DNA of 64,000 nt from Candidatus Micrarchaeota archaeon. GTDB lineage: Archaea; Micrarchaeota; Micrarchaeia; Micrarchaeales; CABMGC01. Positions 55,227 to 64,000 of the stretch are shown piece after piece. The translations under genes and the position numbers were made by a program. Within the stretch, counting starts at the first letter, position 1, and each line of letters opens with the position of its first letter. The notes under the pieces are model-generated. The model worked only from the letters and a program-made list of their open reading frames with translations, was not told where the DNA came from and did not search any database. The stretch is from assembly GCA_027319905.1 (NCBI GenBank), contig DAHVMJ010000001.1, positions 1 to 64,000 on the forward strand. The letters run 5' to 3'.

Positions 55227-55603
55227 ATGAGGGCACGAGGGCCCAGCTGTCGCTAGAGCTTCTCCTCTATCTAGCTCTGGCTGGGCTCTCATTCGCTTTG
55301 GCGCTCGGAGCGGTGGCCAGAACCTATGCCGGCCTCTCCGGAAGCTTCGGCGCGTTCGAGATATCGCAATTAGTGGACTCGCTCAACACAGCCATGCTGG
55401 GCTCTTCATCCTCGGGCAACTTCTACCTGCCCCGCGGGCTGTGCAACTCCTCGATAGCCGGAAACTCTGTCTCTACAAGAGACGGCACGTTCTATTTCAT
55501 CTACAGAGTCTCGGCGCAGAACGGTCTGATGTGCCCAGATGGTGAGTATGCGACAATCGGAATCAAGATAGAGAACGGGACAGCGTATCTTAGCCGTTCC
55601 TGA
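55223..55603 (+). CDS. Minor pilin; probable ATA start (MDEGTRAQ/LSLELLLYL)
   Basis: Class III motif RAQLSLE lies upstream of the track start (55298) in the same frame; ATA overlaps the upstream TAG. Confidence 0.72.
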   Translation: MDEGTRAQLSLELLLYLALAGLSFALALGAVARTYAGLSGSFGAFEISQLVDSLNTAMLGSSSSGNFYLPRGLCNSSIAGNSVSTRDGTFYFIYRVSAQNGLMCPDGEYATIGIKIENGTAYLSRS

Positions 55604-55732
55604 GGCTTGCGGAAGAATGCAAACGCGGGTTCGTTGATCGTCAAATCAGTAAAACAATCAACGTATTTGCACATAAGCCGTATAAATCTGAAGCGCCAAT
55701 TCTGCCTGGGGAAGACGTAAGATCGAGGAGGT

Positions 55733-56866
55733 GTGCCTATTGGGGAGTATGGCGCACGTGAAGCAAGGCTAAAGCAGATAGCTGAACTCAAGACAGAGTT
55801 GCTGAGCAAGGAAGCCTTCAACGTGCTGAAACACGAACTGCGGAAGAACGACAACGCTAGCGTAGGCGTTATTCTGGACAAGCTGCACTACGCCAAAAAA
55901 GTGATGAATGCAAAGAACGCGGACGAGGCAAGCAGGAAGGTGCTACTCAAGATCACGCGGTTGCAGCTCATGGCTGCGAGAGGGGCGGTGAAGGACGAGG
56001 AGACCAATGAGGCGATAAGCGCACTTGCCGAGTATGTTCTCGAGCACCTGGGCAATAGAGAGTGGTCGGCGCTAGCGCTTACGCTGGATGAGGCGCATCC
56101 TGGCCTCAGAATAGCGCCGGACCTTGTGCGTTTGCTTTTGGTGAGCGAGAACCCGGAGGCCGCTGTCAGGAAGTACAAGAAGGAAGCGGAAGCGGCAATG
56201 GACGCGGCGCCGTTTTCGTTCAGGGCAAGTGTGGTAAGCAGCATAGAGCACGGAGTGGCGAGAAAGGGACCCGAACACATAGTCCCGTTCGTAGAGAGCG
56301 AGATCGACTGGGGCACGGGCAAGATAAAGGCGAAGTACCTCTTCCTCATGGCCAGGTACGAAACGGACACGAAGGTAAATGGACCTGTCATAAACGTGGC
56401 CAATCTGGCGTTGAATCCAGTTCCAGAATACGAGCCCTTGGGAGCGAAGCTCAAAGTGGAGAAGCTGGGAAGGCTCAGGCTTGTGGCCGCGCTGAGCAGG
56501 ATACACTGGATACCGTACATCGTGCCGGTCGAGCTTATAGAGACGACGCACAGCGGAAAGCTAAAGGTCACGGCGATGCCTGACACAAACAGCGTGATAT
56601 ACGGGCACGGGTTCGTCTTTGTGACCGCCCATCCCGAGTCAACGTACACGACCATACTTGAACTCAACCCAGAGCTGCATCGCTGGATTCACGCGAGCCA
56701 GGAGGCGTTCCTGGCGATAGAGATGCAACAGGCACCTGGATGGTACAAGGAGGGAGACAGGCACGACAAGATGGAGATTAAAATGGTACTCAGGAAGACG
56801 CCGAACATGAACGAGGTACTTGCCAAGAACCTGAGACTGAAGAACGAGCTGATGCTCGCAGCCTAA
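55733..56866 (+). CDS. Hypothetical protein
   Basis: 377-aa ORF with GAGGAGGT RBS. Confidence 0.8.
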   Translation: MPIGEYGAREARLKQIAELKTELLSKEAFNVLKHELRKNDNASVGVILDKLHYAKKVMNAKNADEASRKVLLKITRLQLMAARGAVKDEETNEAISALAEYVLEHLGNREWSALALTLDEAHPGLRIAPDLVRLLLVSENPEAAVRKYKKEAEAAMDAAPFSFRASVVSSIEHGVARKGPEHIVPFVESEIDWGTGKIKAKYLFLMARYETDTKVNGPVINVANLALNPVPEYEPLGAKLKVEKLGRLRLVAALSRIHWIPYIVPVELIETTHSGKLKVTAMPDTNSVIYGHGFVFVTAHPESTYTTILELNPELHRWIHASQEAFLAIEMQQAPGWYKEGDRHDKMEIKMVLRKTPNMNEVLAKNLRLKNELMLAA

Positions 56867-56914
56867 ACAAAAAGGAATCGTTTTATACCTGCACTTCCGA
56901 ATTAAAGCGATTGA

Positions 56915-57532
56915 ATGGTTGATCTACTTACGACAGTCGGAATAGTGGTCGTTGTCATAGTCGCAGCGGCGGTGCTGATATTCAACGGCCTGATAGGCAA
57001 ACGCAACCGCGTTCAGGATGCGTGGGCGCAGATAGACGTGCAGCTGAAGCGAAGGTATGATCTCATCCCCAACCTTGTGGAAACTGTAAAGGGATACATG
57101 AAGTACGAGAAGAGCGTGCTCACTCAGATCACGCAGCTGCGGAGCTCGATAGTATCTGGAAGCGTGCAGGACAAGGCGCAGGCGAACAACATGCTCAGCG
57201 GTGCGCTGAAGAGCCTCTTTGCAGTGGCGGAGAACTACCCTGACCTGAAGGCCTCGCAGACCTACCAGAACCTGCAGACAGAACTCGAGAACACGGAGAA
57301 CAAGATCTCCTTTGTCAGGACATCGTACAACGACTACGTGCTTGATTACAACAATGCGATCCAGCAGTTCCCAGGCAACATACTCGCGGGCCCGATGGGC
57401 TTCAAGCGCATGGACTTCTTCCAGGCGCCAGAGGAAGAGACGGGCGCGATAAAGGTCGACCTGACGAGCGACAACAGCGGTACCGGATCGGCGCCAACTG
57501 CGCCGGGATCCAAAGCGCAGAAGAAGCAGTAA
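56915..57532 (+). CDS. lemA: LemA family protein
   Basis: AWAQIDVQLKRRYDLIPNLVETVKGY, AVAENYPDLKA. Confidence 0.97.
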   Translation: MVDLLTTVGIVVVVIVAAAVLIFNGLIGKRNRVQDAWAQIDVQLKRRYDLIPNLVETVKGYMKYEKSVLTQITQLRSSIVSGSVQDKAQANNMLSGALKSLFAVAENYPDLKASQTYQNLQTELENTENKISFVRTSYNDYVLDYNNAIQQFPGNILAGPMGFKRMDFFQAPEEETGAIKVDLTSDNSGTGSAPTAPGSKAQKKQ

Positions 57533-57544
57533 CGGTGAAGCAGC

Positions 57545-58441
57545 ATGGCCAGTTTCTTTGACGAAATAGCGCGCAATAATCTCAAATCCTTCCTACTGCT
57601 TGCCATATTCGCCGCCTTATTCATCGGCATAATCTACCTGGTAGTGTACCTGCTCGGCGGCGGCATCTTCGCATTCGCCATTGGCGCTATGATAGTGCTG
57701 CTCTATGCCGTATTCACGTATTACAGCGGGGACAGGGTGGTGCTCGCGGTTTCCAAGGCGAAGGAAGCCGACGAGAAACAGTACCAGAACCTCTACGCAT
57801 CTGTAGAAGGGCTTTCATCGGCGATGCAGATCAAGATGCCGAAGATCTACATAATAAACGACCCGAACCCCAATGCCTTCGCCACGGGAAGGAAGAGCAA
57901 GCCCTCTATTGCATTTACAACCGGGCTTCTGCAGATGATGGGCAGGGACGAGCTCGAGGGCGTAATCTCGCATGAGCTGTCACACATATCAGACAACGAT
58001 ACACTGGTGATGACTGTCGCAATAGCGTTTGCCGGAGCGATAGGACTCATCGCCGCGTACCTGAGGCTGTCCGTATTCTTTGGGGGCTTTGGAGGCAGGG
58101 GCAGAAACAACGAAGGCCCGCTCCTGCTGGTTGCACTTGCGGTAGGAATACTTGCGCCGCTCTTCGCGCTGCTAACGCGCCTTGCGATATCGAGGAGGAG
58201 GGAGTATATGGCCGACGCGAACGGGGCCAGGGTCACAAGAAACCCTGCCGAACTCGCGAGCGCGCTAAAGAAGATACAGGCGTATGAGAAGAACCCGAAC
58301 AGTACTCCAGTAGCGCACGCAAACGAGGTGACGGCTTCGCTGTACTTCGCAAACCCATTCAAGGCGGGCAACTTCGCCAACATCTTTTCGACGCATCCGC
58401 CGATAGAGGAGAGAATAAAGAGACTGCAGACGATGTACTAG
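57545..58441 (+). CDS. htpX: HtpX-like M48 zinc metalloprotease
   Basis: PNAFATGR, HELSH, SRRREYMAD, FSTHPPIEERI. Confidence 0.96.
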   Translation: MASFFDEIARNNLKSFLLLAIFAALFIGIIYLVVYLLGGGIFAFAIGAMIVLLYAVFTYYSGDRVVLAVSKAKEADEKQYQNLYASVEGLSSAMQIKMPKIYIINDPNPNAFATGRKSKPSIAFTTGLLQMMGRDELEGVISHELSHISDNDTLVMTVAIAFAGAIGLIAAYLRLSVFFGGFGGRGRNNEGPLLLVALAVGILAPLFALLTRLAISRRREYMADANGARVTRNPAELASALKKIQAYEKNPNSTPVAHANEVTASLYFANPFKAGNFANIFSTHPPIEERIKRLQTMY

Positions 58442-58677
58442 AACTTCCTGCTCTCGCGCTCCACGTACCGCCTGAACTGACCAGCATAGTAGAAGAAGAT
58501 GACGGTAACTGGCGCTGAGACCCAGCCAGCGAGACCAAACATGCCGCCGAGCACGGCGGATACGCCTCCGATGTAGAAAAGGAAACTGTAGTTCGACCAT
58601 CCGATCCTCATGCTGTCTATGAATTCGGCTATGGTCGAGCGTGACGCGTGTCTGGCAAGTCTCCTTATGACAGGTAT
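58438..58677 (-). CDS. 79-aa membrane protein; probable ATA start; not in ORF track
   Basis: (M)PVIRRLARHASRSTIAEFIDSMRIGWSNYSFLFYIGGVSAVLGGMFGLAGWVSAPVTVIFFYYAGQFRRYVERESRKF. Confidence 0.6.
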   Translation of the reverse strand: MPVIRRLARHASRSTIAEFIDSMRIGWSNYSFLFYIGGVSAVLGGMFGLAGWVSAPVTVIFFYYAGQFRRYVERESRKF

Positions 58678-58758
58678 CCAATCGCCTTGTGGAGGTTTTC
58701 CTTGTGGAAAATAGCTTTATAATTTTTGACCCTTGCGAAGGAAAAGCGGAAGAAAAGG

Positions 58759-60228
58759 TCAGGAGAGCAGGTTGTTGAGTTGCGGATACTGCTCGAGCGC
58801 GTGCTCCTGCTCAAGCTGCTGGTAGACCATGTACATTATCCCGACGGTAAGCAGGATGCCCATTCCTGTTCCTACAGCGCCGGTGAGTGTGGCGAGCGCC
58901 GCAAGCAGCGCAACGAATACGCTGCCCAGCACGGTTATCGTGGGTATGTATTTGTTGAGTATGCTCTCCACTATGCGCGGATCCCTCCTGAATCCCGGTA
59001 CCTGCCAACCCACATCCTCGAGTTGCTCGGCCACATGCTTGGGGCTCTGGCCGGTCATCTCTATCCAGAACCTTCCGAACACGACCGCGAGCACCACGAG
59101 CACCAGCGTGTATATTATTATGTGCACGTACTCGGGTACGGCGACGATGCCGCCCCACGGCAGGTAGAGCTGGCTGGTCCCGGTTGCGAGGTAGGAGAAG
59201 TAGGCGCTGTATCCGCCTATGCCTCCGTAGGTGGTGGAGTAGGGGAGCGGAAAGTTGGGGGATATCAGGTAGATGAGCCCGCCCACCAGGTTGAGCGATG
59301 ATGCGCCTGTAGCTGAAGGTGCGACCTGGTAAAGGGCTATGAACTTTGCAAGGTTGGCGAACGAGCCGGTTACTCCGGCGAAGAACCTGAACCATACGGT
59401 CATGCTCAGCTCGAACGATGTGGCGAGTATCACCGGAAGCACGCTGACGTAGAGGAAGGGTATCGGCAGCCTGCCGCCTATGCCCCTGAGCTGGCTGAAG
59501 ACGAGCGGTATCTCAACCTTCATGTCGTATGCGTAGATGCTCACGAGAAAGACTATTATCGCGAAGAAGAGCGGGCCGAACGCGAGAATCGCATTTGGAA
59601 TAGCAGTGGCGCCTCCGCTCTGTATGGCCTGTATCGCCTCGCCGAGCAGGATAGTGCTCGTTCCCGCGATTATAGCGTATGCAACCCCTCCGGCTATGAA
59701 GAGGTTTATGCCTGAGGTTATGCCCCACTTTGTCATCGCCTCATCGAGGAAGATTATGAATATGGCGCTTATAGCCAGCTGGAAGACCACCACGCCTATG
59801 TACGCGTTGCTTACCAGGGGAACATAGCCTGTTGCGACGAAGATGTATGCCTCGACGATCGCTATGGCCATGGCCGCCAGCTTCTGTATTGCCTGGAACC
59901 TGCCCTTCTGCTCTGGGTCATTGAGGTCGATCTGGAACAGCCCGGCTCCTATTATCAGCTGCAGCACTATGCTGGAGAGCACTATGGGGCCTATGCCCAC
60001 TGTGATGAGGCTGCCTATTCGCGATGCGAAGATGACGCTGATGAGCTGTATGAGCGGCTGGTTTATCGTCGCGGTGCTCACCCCGAAGGCCGGAGTGCTG
60101 AACATCATGAAGTAGACGCCCATTATTATAGCGGTCCACTTGAGTTTCTGCCTGAATGATAGTGGAGACTCGGGTTTGCCTATGCCGGGCACGTATTTCA
60201 ATATGGAATCGAGGAAAGCCAGGTTCAT
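58759..60228 (-). CDS. secY: Preprotein translocase SecY
   Basis: KLKWT, GIGPIV, LDE...KWGI.SGI.LFI, YVSVLPVIL, VPGFRRD, GTGMGILL.V.I. Confidence 0.97.
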   Translation of the reverse strand: MNLAFLDSILKYVPGIGKPESPLSFRQKLKWTAIIMGVYFMMFSTPAFGVSTATINQPLIQLISVIFASRIGSLITVGIGPIVLSSIVLQLIIGAGLFQIDLNDPEQKGRFQAIQKLAAMAIAIVEAYIFVATGYVPLVSNAYIGVVVFQLAISAIFIIFLDEAMTKWGITSGINLFIAGGVAYAIIAGTSTILLGEAIQAIQSGGATAIPNAILAFGPLFFAIIVFLVSIYAYDMKVEIPLVFSQLRGIGGRLPIPFLYVSVLPVILATSFELSMTVWFRFFAGVTGSFANLAKFIALYQVAPSATGASSLNLVGGLIYLISPNFPLPYSTTYGGIGGYSAYFSYLATGTSQLYLPWGGIVAVPEYVHIIIYTLVLVVLAVVFGRFWIEMTGQSPKHVAEQLEDVGWQVPGFRRDPRIVESILNKYIPTITVLGSVFVALLAALATLTGAVGTGMGILLTVGIMYMVYQQLEQEHALEQYPQLNNLLS

Positions 60229-61239
60229 CTACGCCACTTTGTTATTGAAGCCTTCTAATACCTCCATCTTAACGTTATAAACCCCTCTGCCGCTCAGGGT
60301 TCTCGACACCTTCACGTTCCTTCCGTATGCTCCCTTTACGATCCCCGACATGAACGCGGAGGTGATATCCACAAATCTTCCCAGAGAAGTCTCGGATCTG
60401 TAGGAAAGGGTGATGCTTACCCCGTGCTTCTTTGCTGAAGTCACCTTTGCGCCATCAAGGCCTACAAACAATGCGGCAAGAGCAACCTCTCGCTCCGGCC
60501 TTGGCAGATGCCCCTCTGCGGTCATCTTGCCGAGTAGGTACAGGAACTTCAGGCTCTCTGAGAAGACCGGCTCGGAGAAGAGTGGTATCGTCTCGAGCAC
60601 GTAGTAACCGTGCCAGCCGCGCTGCGTCTCTGCATGCTCAACCGCGTACCTGAGCGCGCGCAGTATGTCAGCAAACTCTAGCGAGTGGTGCAGGTCTGCA
60701 TGCAGTGAGCCCGGCTTTGCGAGGAACATGCAGTGGTTGGAACCGTTGAAGACGCACGCCGTCTCCTCAGCGATGACACTGCGCCCCGCGTGCGCTGAAA
60801 GGTAGCCTGAGATTATTCCGGATTCGAAGACGTGGAGGTTGACGCCCAGACTTTTATCCCAGTGCTTGAGAGCGCGTGAAGTGAAAGTGCTTCTTGACTC
60901 GAAGGGGTAGTACACGATTTTCCCGAGTCCCGCGTTCTCGAGAAGACGCTGCAGCGGGCCCATGCTCCCTCCTGATTTTCTGTATGCTTCTGCGCCGAGG
61001 TTGAAGCCTGACTTGAAGGCGAGGACGCGCAGCTCTGGAGCCGAGCTGTAGAATATATCTTGTATCTGCAACCCTCGCAGAGGGACGGTATGCCCAGCCT
61101 CCGTGGCTCTCTTGAGCAGGAGCTCTTCGTTGTTTCCCGAGATTGTGCGCTCTGCAGCGTGCGGAATCCGGCCGCGCTGTCTTTTCTTGGCTACTGTACG
61201 CCTCTGCACCTTTGCCGTCTTCACCTTCCTAGCCTGCAT
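60229..61239 (-). CDS. V4R (4-vinyl reductase) domain protein
   Basis: GLGKI, FESGIISGYLS...EETAC.FNGSNHCMF; start trimmed to MQARK. Confidence 0.75.
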   Translation of the reverse strand: MQARKVKTAKVQRRTVAKKRQRGRIPHAAERTISGNNEELLLKRATEAGHTVPLRGLQIQDIFYSSAPELRVLAFKSGFNLGAEAYRKSGGSMGPLQRLLENAGLGKIVYYPFESRSTFTSRALKHWDKSLGVNLHVFESGIISGYLSAHAGRSVIAEETACVFNGSNHCMFLAKPGSLHADLHHSLEFADILRALRYAVEHAETQRGWHGYYVLETIPLFSEPVFSESLKFLYLLGKMTAEGHLPRPEREVALAALFVGLDGAKVTSAKKHGVSITLSYRSETSLGRFVDITSAFMSGIVKGAYGRNVKVSRTLSGRGVYNVKMEVLEGFNNKVA

Positions 61240-61259
61240 TACAAACAACGCGAGGACGG

Positions 61260-61775
61260 CTATCTGCTTTTGTGCAAGCCGCCTATTCGGATTATCCTTC
61301 CGAGTTGATAGTATATAAATATTAGATTCGCGGCGATAAAGAGGACTACAAACCACTCCTGGTACGCGCCCAAGAACGATATCGCGCTGCTGACCTGCAG
61401 CGTGCCGAAGCCTACTGCATAAAGGACAGATGAGAAGATTGGCGCGTAGCAACTGCAACCAACCACCAGACCGCCGACCGAGGACGTGAATATGCTCAGT
61501 ATGCCGCCCTCAGCCCCGGCATATTTGATCCGCAAAGATTTGCCTACGGCGTAAATACTAGTTGTCAGCAACACTGCCGCCGTCAGTATGAGCGCATAGA
61601 CCATGTATAAGGGTACGGTGACAAGGAAGATGCCCTCGTTGCTGCTGGTTATCATATAGTGGAAGAGTTCGTAGTAGACAGCTATGGCCGCAATCCCCAC
61701 AGCGATGTAGAAGGGAGAAGAGAATATGTCTAAAAAGACCGAGCTTTTGCTTTTTTTGCCCGTTGCGCGTTGCAT
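61260..61775 (-). CDS. Membrane protein with intramembrane GCSC motif
   Basis: Four hydrophobic segments; directly downstream of the DUF929-like gene. Confidence 0.7.
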   Translation of the reverse strand: MQRATGKKSKSSVFLDIFSSPFYIAVGIAAIAVYYELFHYMITSSNEGIFLVTVPLYMVYALILTAAVLLTTSIYAVGKSLRIKYAGAEGGILSIFTSSVGGLVVGCSCYAPIFSSVLYAVGFGTLQVSSAISFLGAYQEWFVVLFIAANLIFIYYQLGRIIRIGGLHKSR

Positions 61776-62831
61776 TTAGAGCCCCATCTTGGTCTCGATG
61801 GCTGCGATCGAAGGTATGGCGCTGCATACGCTTGGGGTGTTGTTGAGCGTCTTGCAGATCATCGCAACGTATAGGTCTGCTGCGGCGTACTCAGACCAGG
61901 AGAACTGGTCGTTGAACTGCGAGAGCTGGTTGAGGACATCCTGGTGGGTCATATGCTGCAACGGCGCTGTGCCCTCCTTGCTTGTGTTGTTGGCGAAGAT
62001 CACCGCGTCTGCACCGCCGACCTCGTATGCACCCCATACCGTGAACGGCGTACCGGAGAAGGCCTGGGTGCTGATTATGTAGCGCATGGCATCAACATAG
62101 GCCGTATTGTTTGTCTGGTTGACCCTCTGCTGAATCGTTGAGAGGGTGTTGAGATTGAAACCGCCGGATATCGGGTTGGCATCCTCTATACTGATGAAGT
62201 TGATGAGGTTGCTCTGGTAGAAGTTGCCCAGCACGGTTGAGGATATGTTGTAGTGAGCGGGCGCCCAGTACAGTGTGGGCATGTCCCCATCGCCTATCGA
62301 GCTGTAACCTTCGAAGAGGTTGGAGAAGCTGCCGAACCTTGAGAGCGCAATTGCCATCGCCCATCTGTTCTCGCCGCAGAAGATGCAGGTTATGGAGCCA
62401 AGGTAGATCACCGTGAGCTTGCCGTTCACGATAAAGAGCGATAGCTTCTTTGTGCCTGCCCCCACGCTGTTGTTGAGTGTTCCATTGAGAAGCATCTCGC
62501 CTGCGCGCTCGAAGTACGAGTTTGGCGCGTTGTTTATAATGCCGATGTTGCTTGCGTTGAATGGCGCGTTTATGTTTGTAAGCCTCTTACCAAAGGTCTG
62601 GTTCTGGGTTATGACTGGTGCGTCAGGAAAGCTGGTCGGCGGCACAAGCAGGCTGCTGGTTATGTTGTAACCCTGCGTAACCGTGCCATTAACGGTCACG
62701 TTTCTGTATACTATCTTGACCTGCGGGTTGAGTATGACATATGAGGACATCGCTATGGCTATCAGGCCCACAACTATGGCAGCTACAAGCAACCTGTTCG
62801 TTGCCCCCTCGGTCCACTTCCTAGCTTTCAT
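61776..62831 (-). CDS. DUF929-like membrane-anchored thioredoxin-fold protein
   Basis: NGK..VIYLG..TCIFCGENRWAM.IALSRFG.FSNL. Confidence 0.82.
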   Translation of the reverse strand: MKARKWTEGATNRLLVAAIVVGLIAIAMSSYVILNPQVKIVYRNVTVNGTVTQGYNITSSLLVPPTSFPDAPVITQNQTFGKRLTNINAPFNASNIGIINNAPNSYFERAGEMLLNGTLNNSVGAGTKKLSLFIVNGKLTVIYLGSITCIFCGENRWAMAIALSRFGSFSNLFEGYSSIGDGDMPTLYWAPAHYNISSTVLGNFYQSNLINFISIEDANPISGGFNLNTLSTIQQRVNQTNNTAYVDAMRYIISTQAFSGTPFTVWGAYEVGGADAVIFANNTSKEGTAPLQHMTHQDVLNQLSQFNDQFSWSEYAAADLYVAMICKTLNNTPSVCSAIPSIAAIETKMGL

Positions 62832-62911
62832 GTAATTCGCTAACGCTCGTTTTTATCTGTAAACTGTTTGGATGGGAAAGTATATTAAAAGGCGCAGATA
62901 TAGTTTGGTGT

Positions 62912-63505
62912 TTGGGGAGAACCTTGATAGCGCAGAAGCAAACTCTGGCTAGGCAAGATCTAGAACTACCGCGCTCCGGATTCTATGGAGCGGAGAGACC
63001 ATCAACGGTTAGCAGGTACGAGGTCGCGTTCCTGACAGCCACGAGAGAACTGGGCATATGGGGGTTGAGAAACGTAAAGACAACGCTCAGCAACGGACGT
63101 TCGCTGATGTCAGACCTCACCGCAAACTGGAAGGCGGGAGACGACGACATAATAGAGTTCAACACCAGGGCAAGCGACTTCGTCCACAGGAAGTTCGTGG
63201 AGAAGATGAGGGAGATGATGCAGATACCAGGCATCTACCACATCTGGATAGGGGATGTGGAGGAGAATGAGCTGAACTTCAAACTCAGGGCGAAGGGGCT
63301 CCTGAAGAAAGAAGAGAGCACTGTGGGTGCGCTCACGGACGAATACTATCACGTGCCGATTAACGTTGACGACAGGGAACTCGTGGAGCTGATGAAGAGG
63401 GTGGTCACGACGTTCATAACCAAGCACGTGAAAGGCGGGGGCCTGAAATACATAAAAGAAGACAAGTTCCTATATGTCACAGGGATGATTGACGAAAAGC
63501 CCTGA
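62912..63505 (+). CDS. Hypothetical protein
   Basis: 197-aa ORF with host-like codon use; start uncertain. Confidence 0.7.
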   Translation: MGRTLIAQKQTLARQDLELPRSGFYGAERPSTVSRYEVAFLTATRELGIWGLRNVKTTLSNGRSLMSDLTANWKAGDDDIIEFNTRASDFVHRKFVEKMREMMQIPGIYHIWIGDVEENELNFKLRAKGLLKKEESTVGALTDEYYHVPINVDDRELVELMKRVVTTFITKHVKGGGLKYIKEDKFLYVTGMIDEKP

Positions 63506-63526
63506 GGGATATGGACGCCCCAGCAG

Positions 63527-64000
63527 ATGCAAGCGCTGACTCTAGAGAGACAGAAGGCTGAGACCCACATCGAGTTTTCTGATGCACACTGCCACCTGAA
63601 TCTGTTTGACGACCCGCTAGAAACAGCGGTGCGGGCGAGAAACAAAGGGGTTGGAACAATAATCAGCGCGGGCGGAAGCGCGAAGGACAACTTCGAGAAC
63701 GCGAGACTGGCAGAGAAGGCGGGGGTATTCGCAGTGGTGGGCATAGGACCTGATTTCTCTGCAAAAGATTCTGCCTCGGTGCTCGAGATAGAAGGCCTGA
63801 TCAGGAGCAGCAGGCACATAGTGGGCATAGGCGAGATAGGACTCGATGCGAAGGTGGCGGATACCAATAACTTAGGCGTGCAGAAGGAGATATTTGACAG
63901 GCAGCTGCAGATCGCCAGAGACCTTGACATGCCGGTGGTGCTGCACTGCAGGGGCATGCTGAACGAGGCAGCTGAGATGCTGGCAAACGCGCAAATAAGA
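63527..64000 (+). CDS. tatD: TatD-family hydrolase (partial, runs off window end)
   Basis: DAHCHL, VGIGP, VGIGEIGLD, QKEIF.RQL.IA..LDMPVVLHCRG. Confidence 0.92.
   Translation, partial: MQALTLERQKAETHIEFSDAHCHLNLFDDPLETAVRARNKGVGTIISAGGSAKDNFENARLAEKAGVFAVVGIGPDFSAKDSASVLEIEGLIRSSRHIVGIGEIGLDAKVADTNNLGVQKEIFDRQLQIARDLDMPVVLHCRGMLNEAAEMLANAQIR

Noticed and set aside
58685..58710. Direct repeat CCTTGTGGA x2
   Set aside because: Only two 9-nt copies; could be an operator but too short to separate from chance.
1721..63957. Long antisense or alternate-frame ORFs (e.g. 1721..2377, 13278..14105, 23386..24135, 43813..44622, 55888..56667, 63349..63957)
   Set aside because: Shadows of better-supported genes on the opposite strand, with no motifs of their own.

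Overview
Archaeal chromosomal segment, most consistent with DPANN Micrarchaeota (ARMAN-like). Support for this: archaeal information genes, a stand-alone 23S rRNA gene, tRNAs with short or non-canonical introns, and the KAQSAMEYLMTYGW-LamG surface-protein family. Most of the window is housekeeping: 5' half of 23S rRNA, six tRNAs, SRP RNA, rps13/4/11, rpoD, rpl13, rps9, rpoN, rps2, rps8e, lysS, metG, alaS, secY, aIF2b, aIF1A, Rio1, lipid genes (uppS, dolichol-kinase-like, carS) and a Tad-type pilus locus. No CRISPR array, integrase or transposase was recognised. Main observations: (1) a tRNA-Pro with an A34 anticodon (AGG) and a T-loop intron, with an orphan HAE/CxxC zinc deaminase elsewhere in the window as candidate A34-to-I34 editor; (2) a 30/31-nt inverted repeat made of the pilin N-terminal coding motif, bracketing a 10.8-kb segment whose inversion would bring rps11 back near rpoD and swap the leader of the LamG surface protein; (3) four genes whose best start codon appears to be ATA; (4) a 31-aa leader ORF in frame with the SAM decarboxylase gene across one TAA; (5) an AT-rich patch inside metG; (6) several small genes and a hairpin sRNA candidate absent from the ORF track. 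All calls come from reading motifs by eye; no database searches were run.
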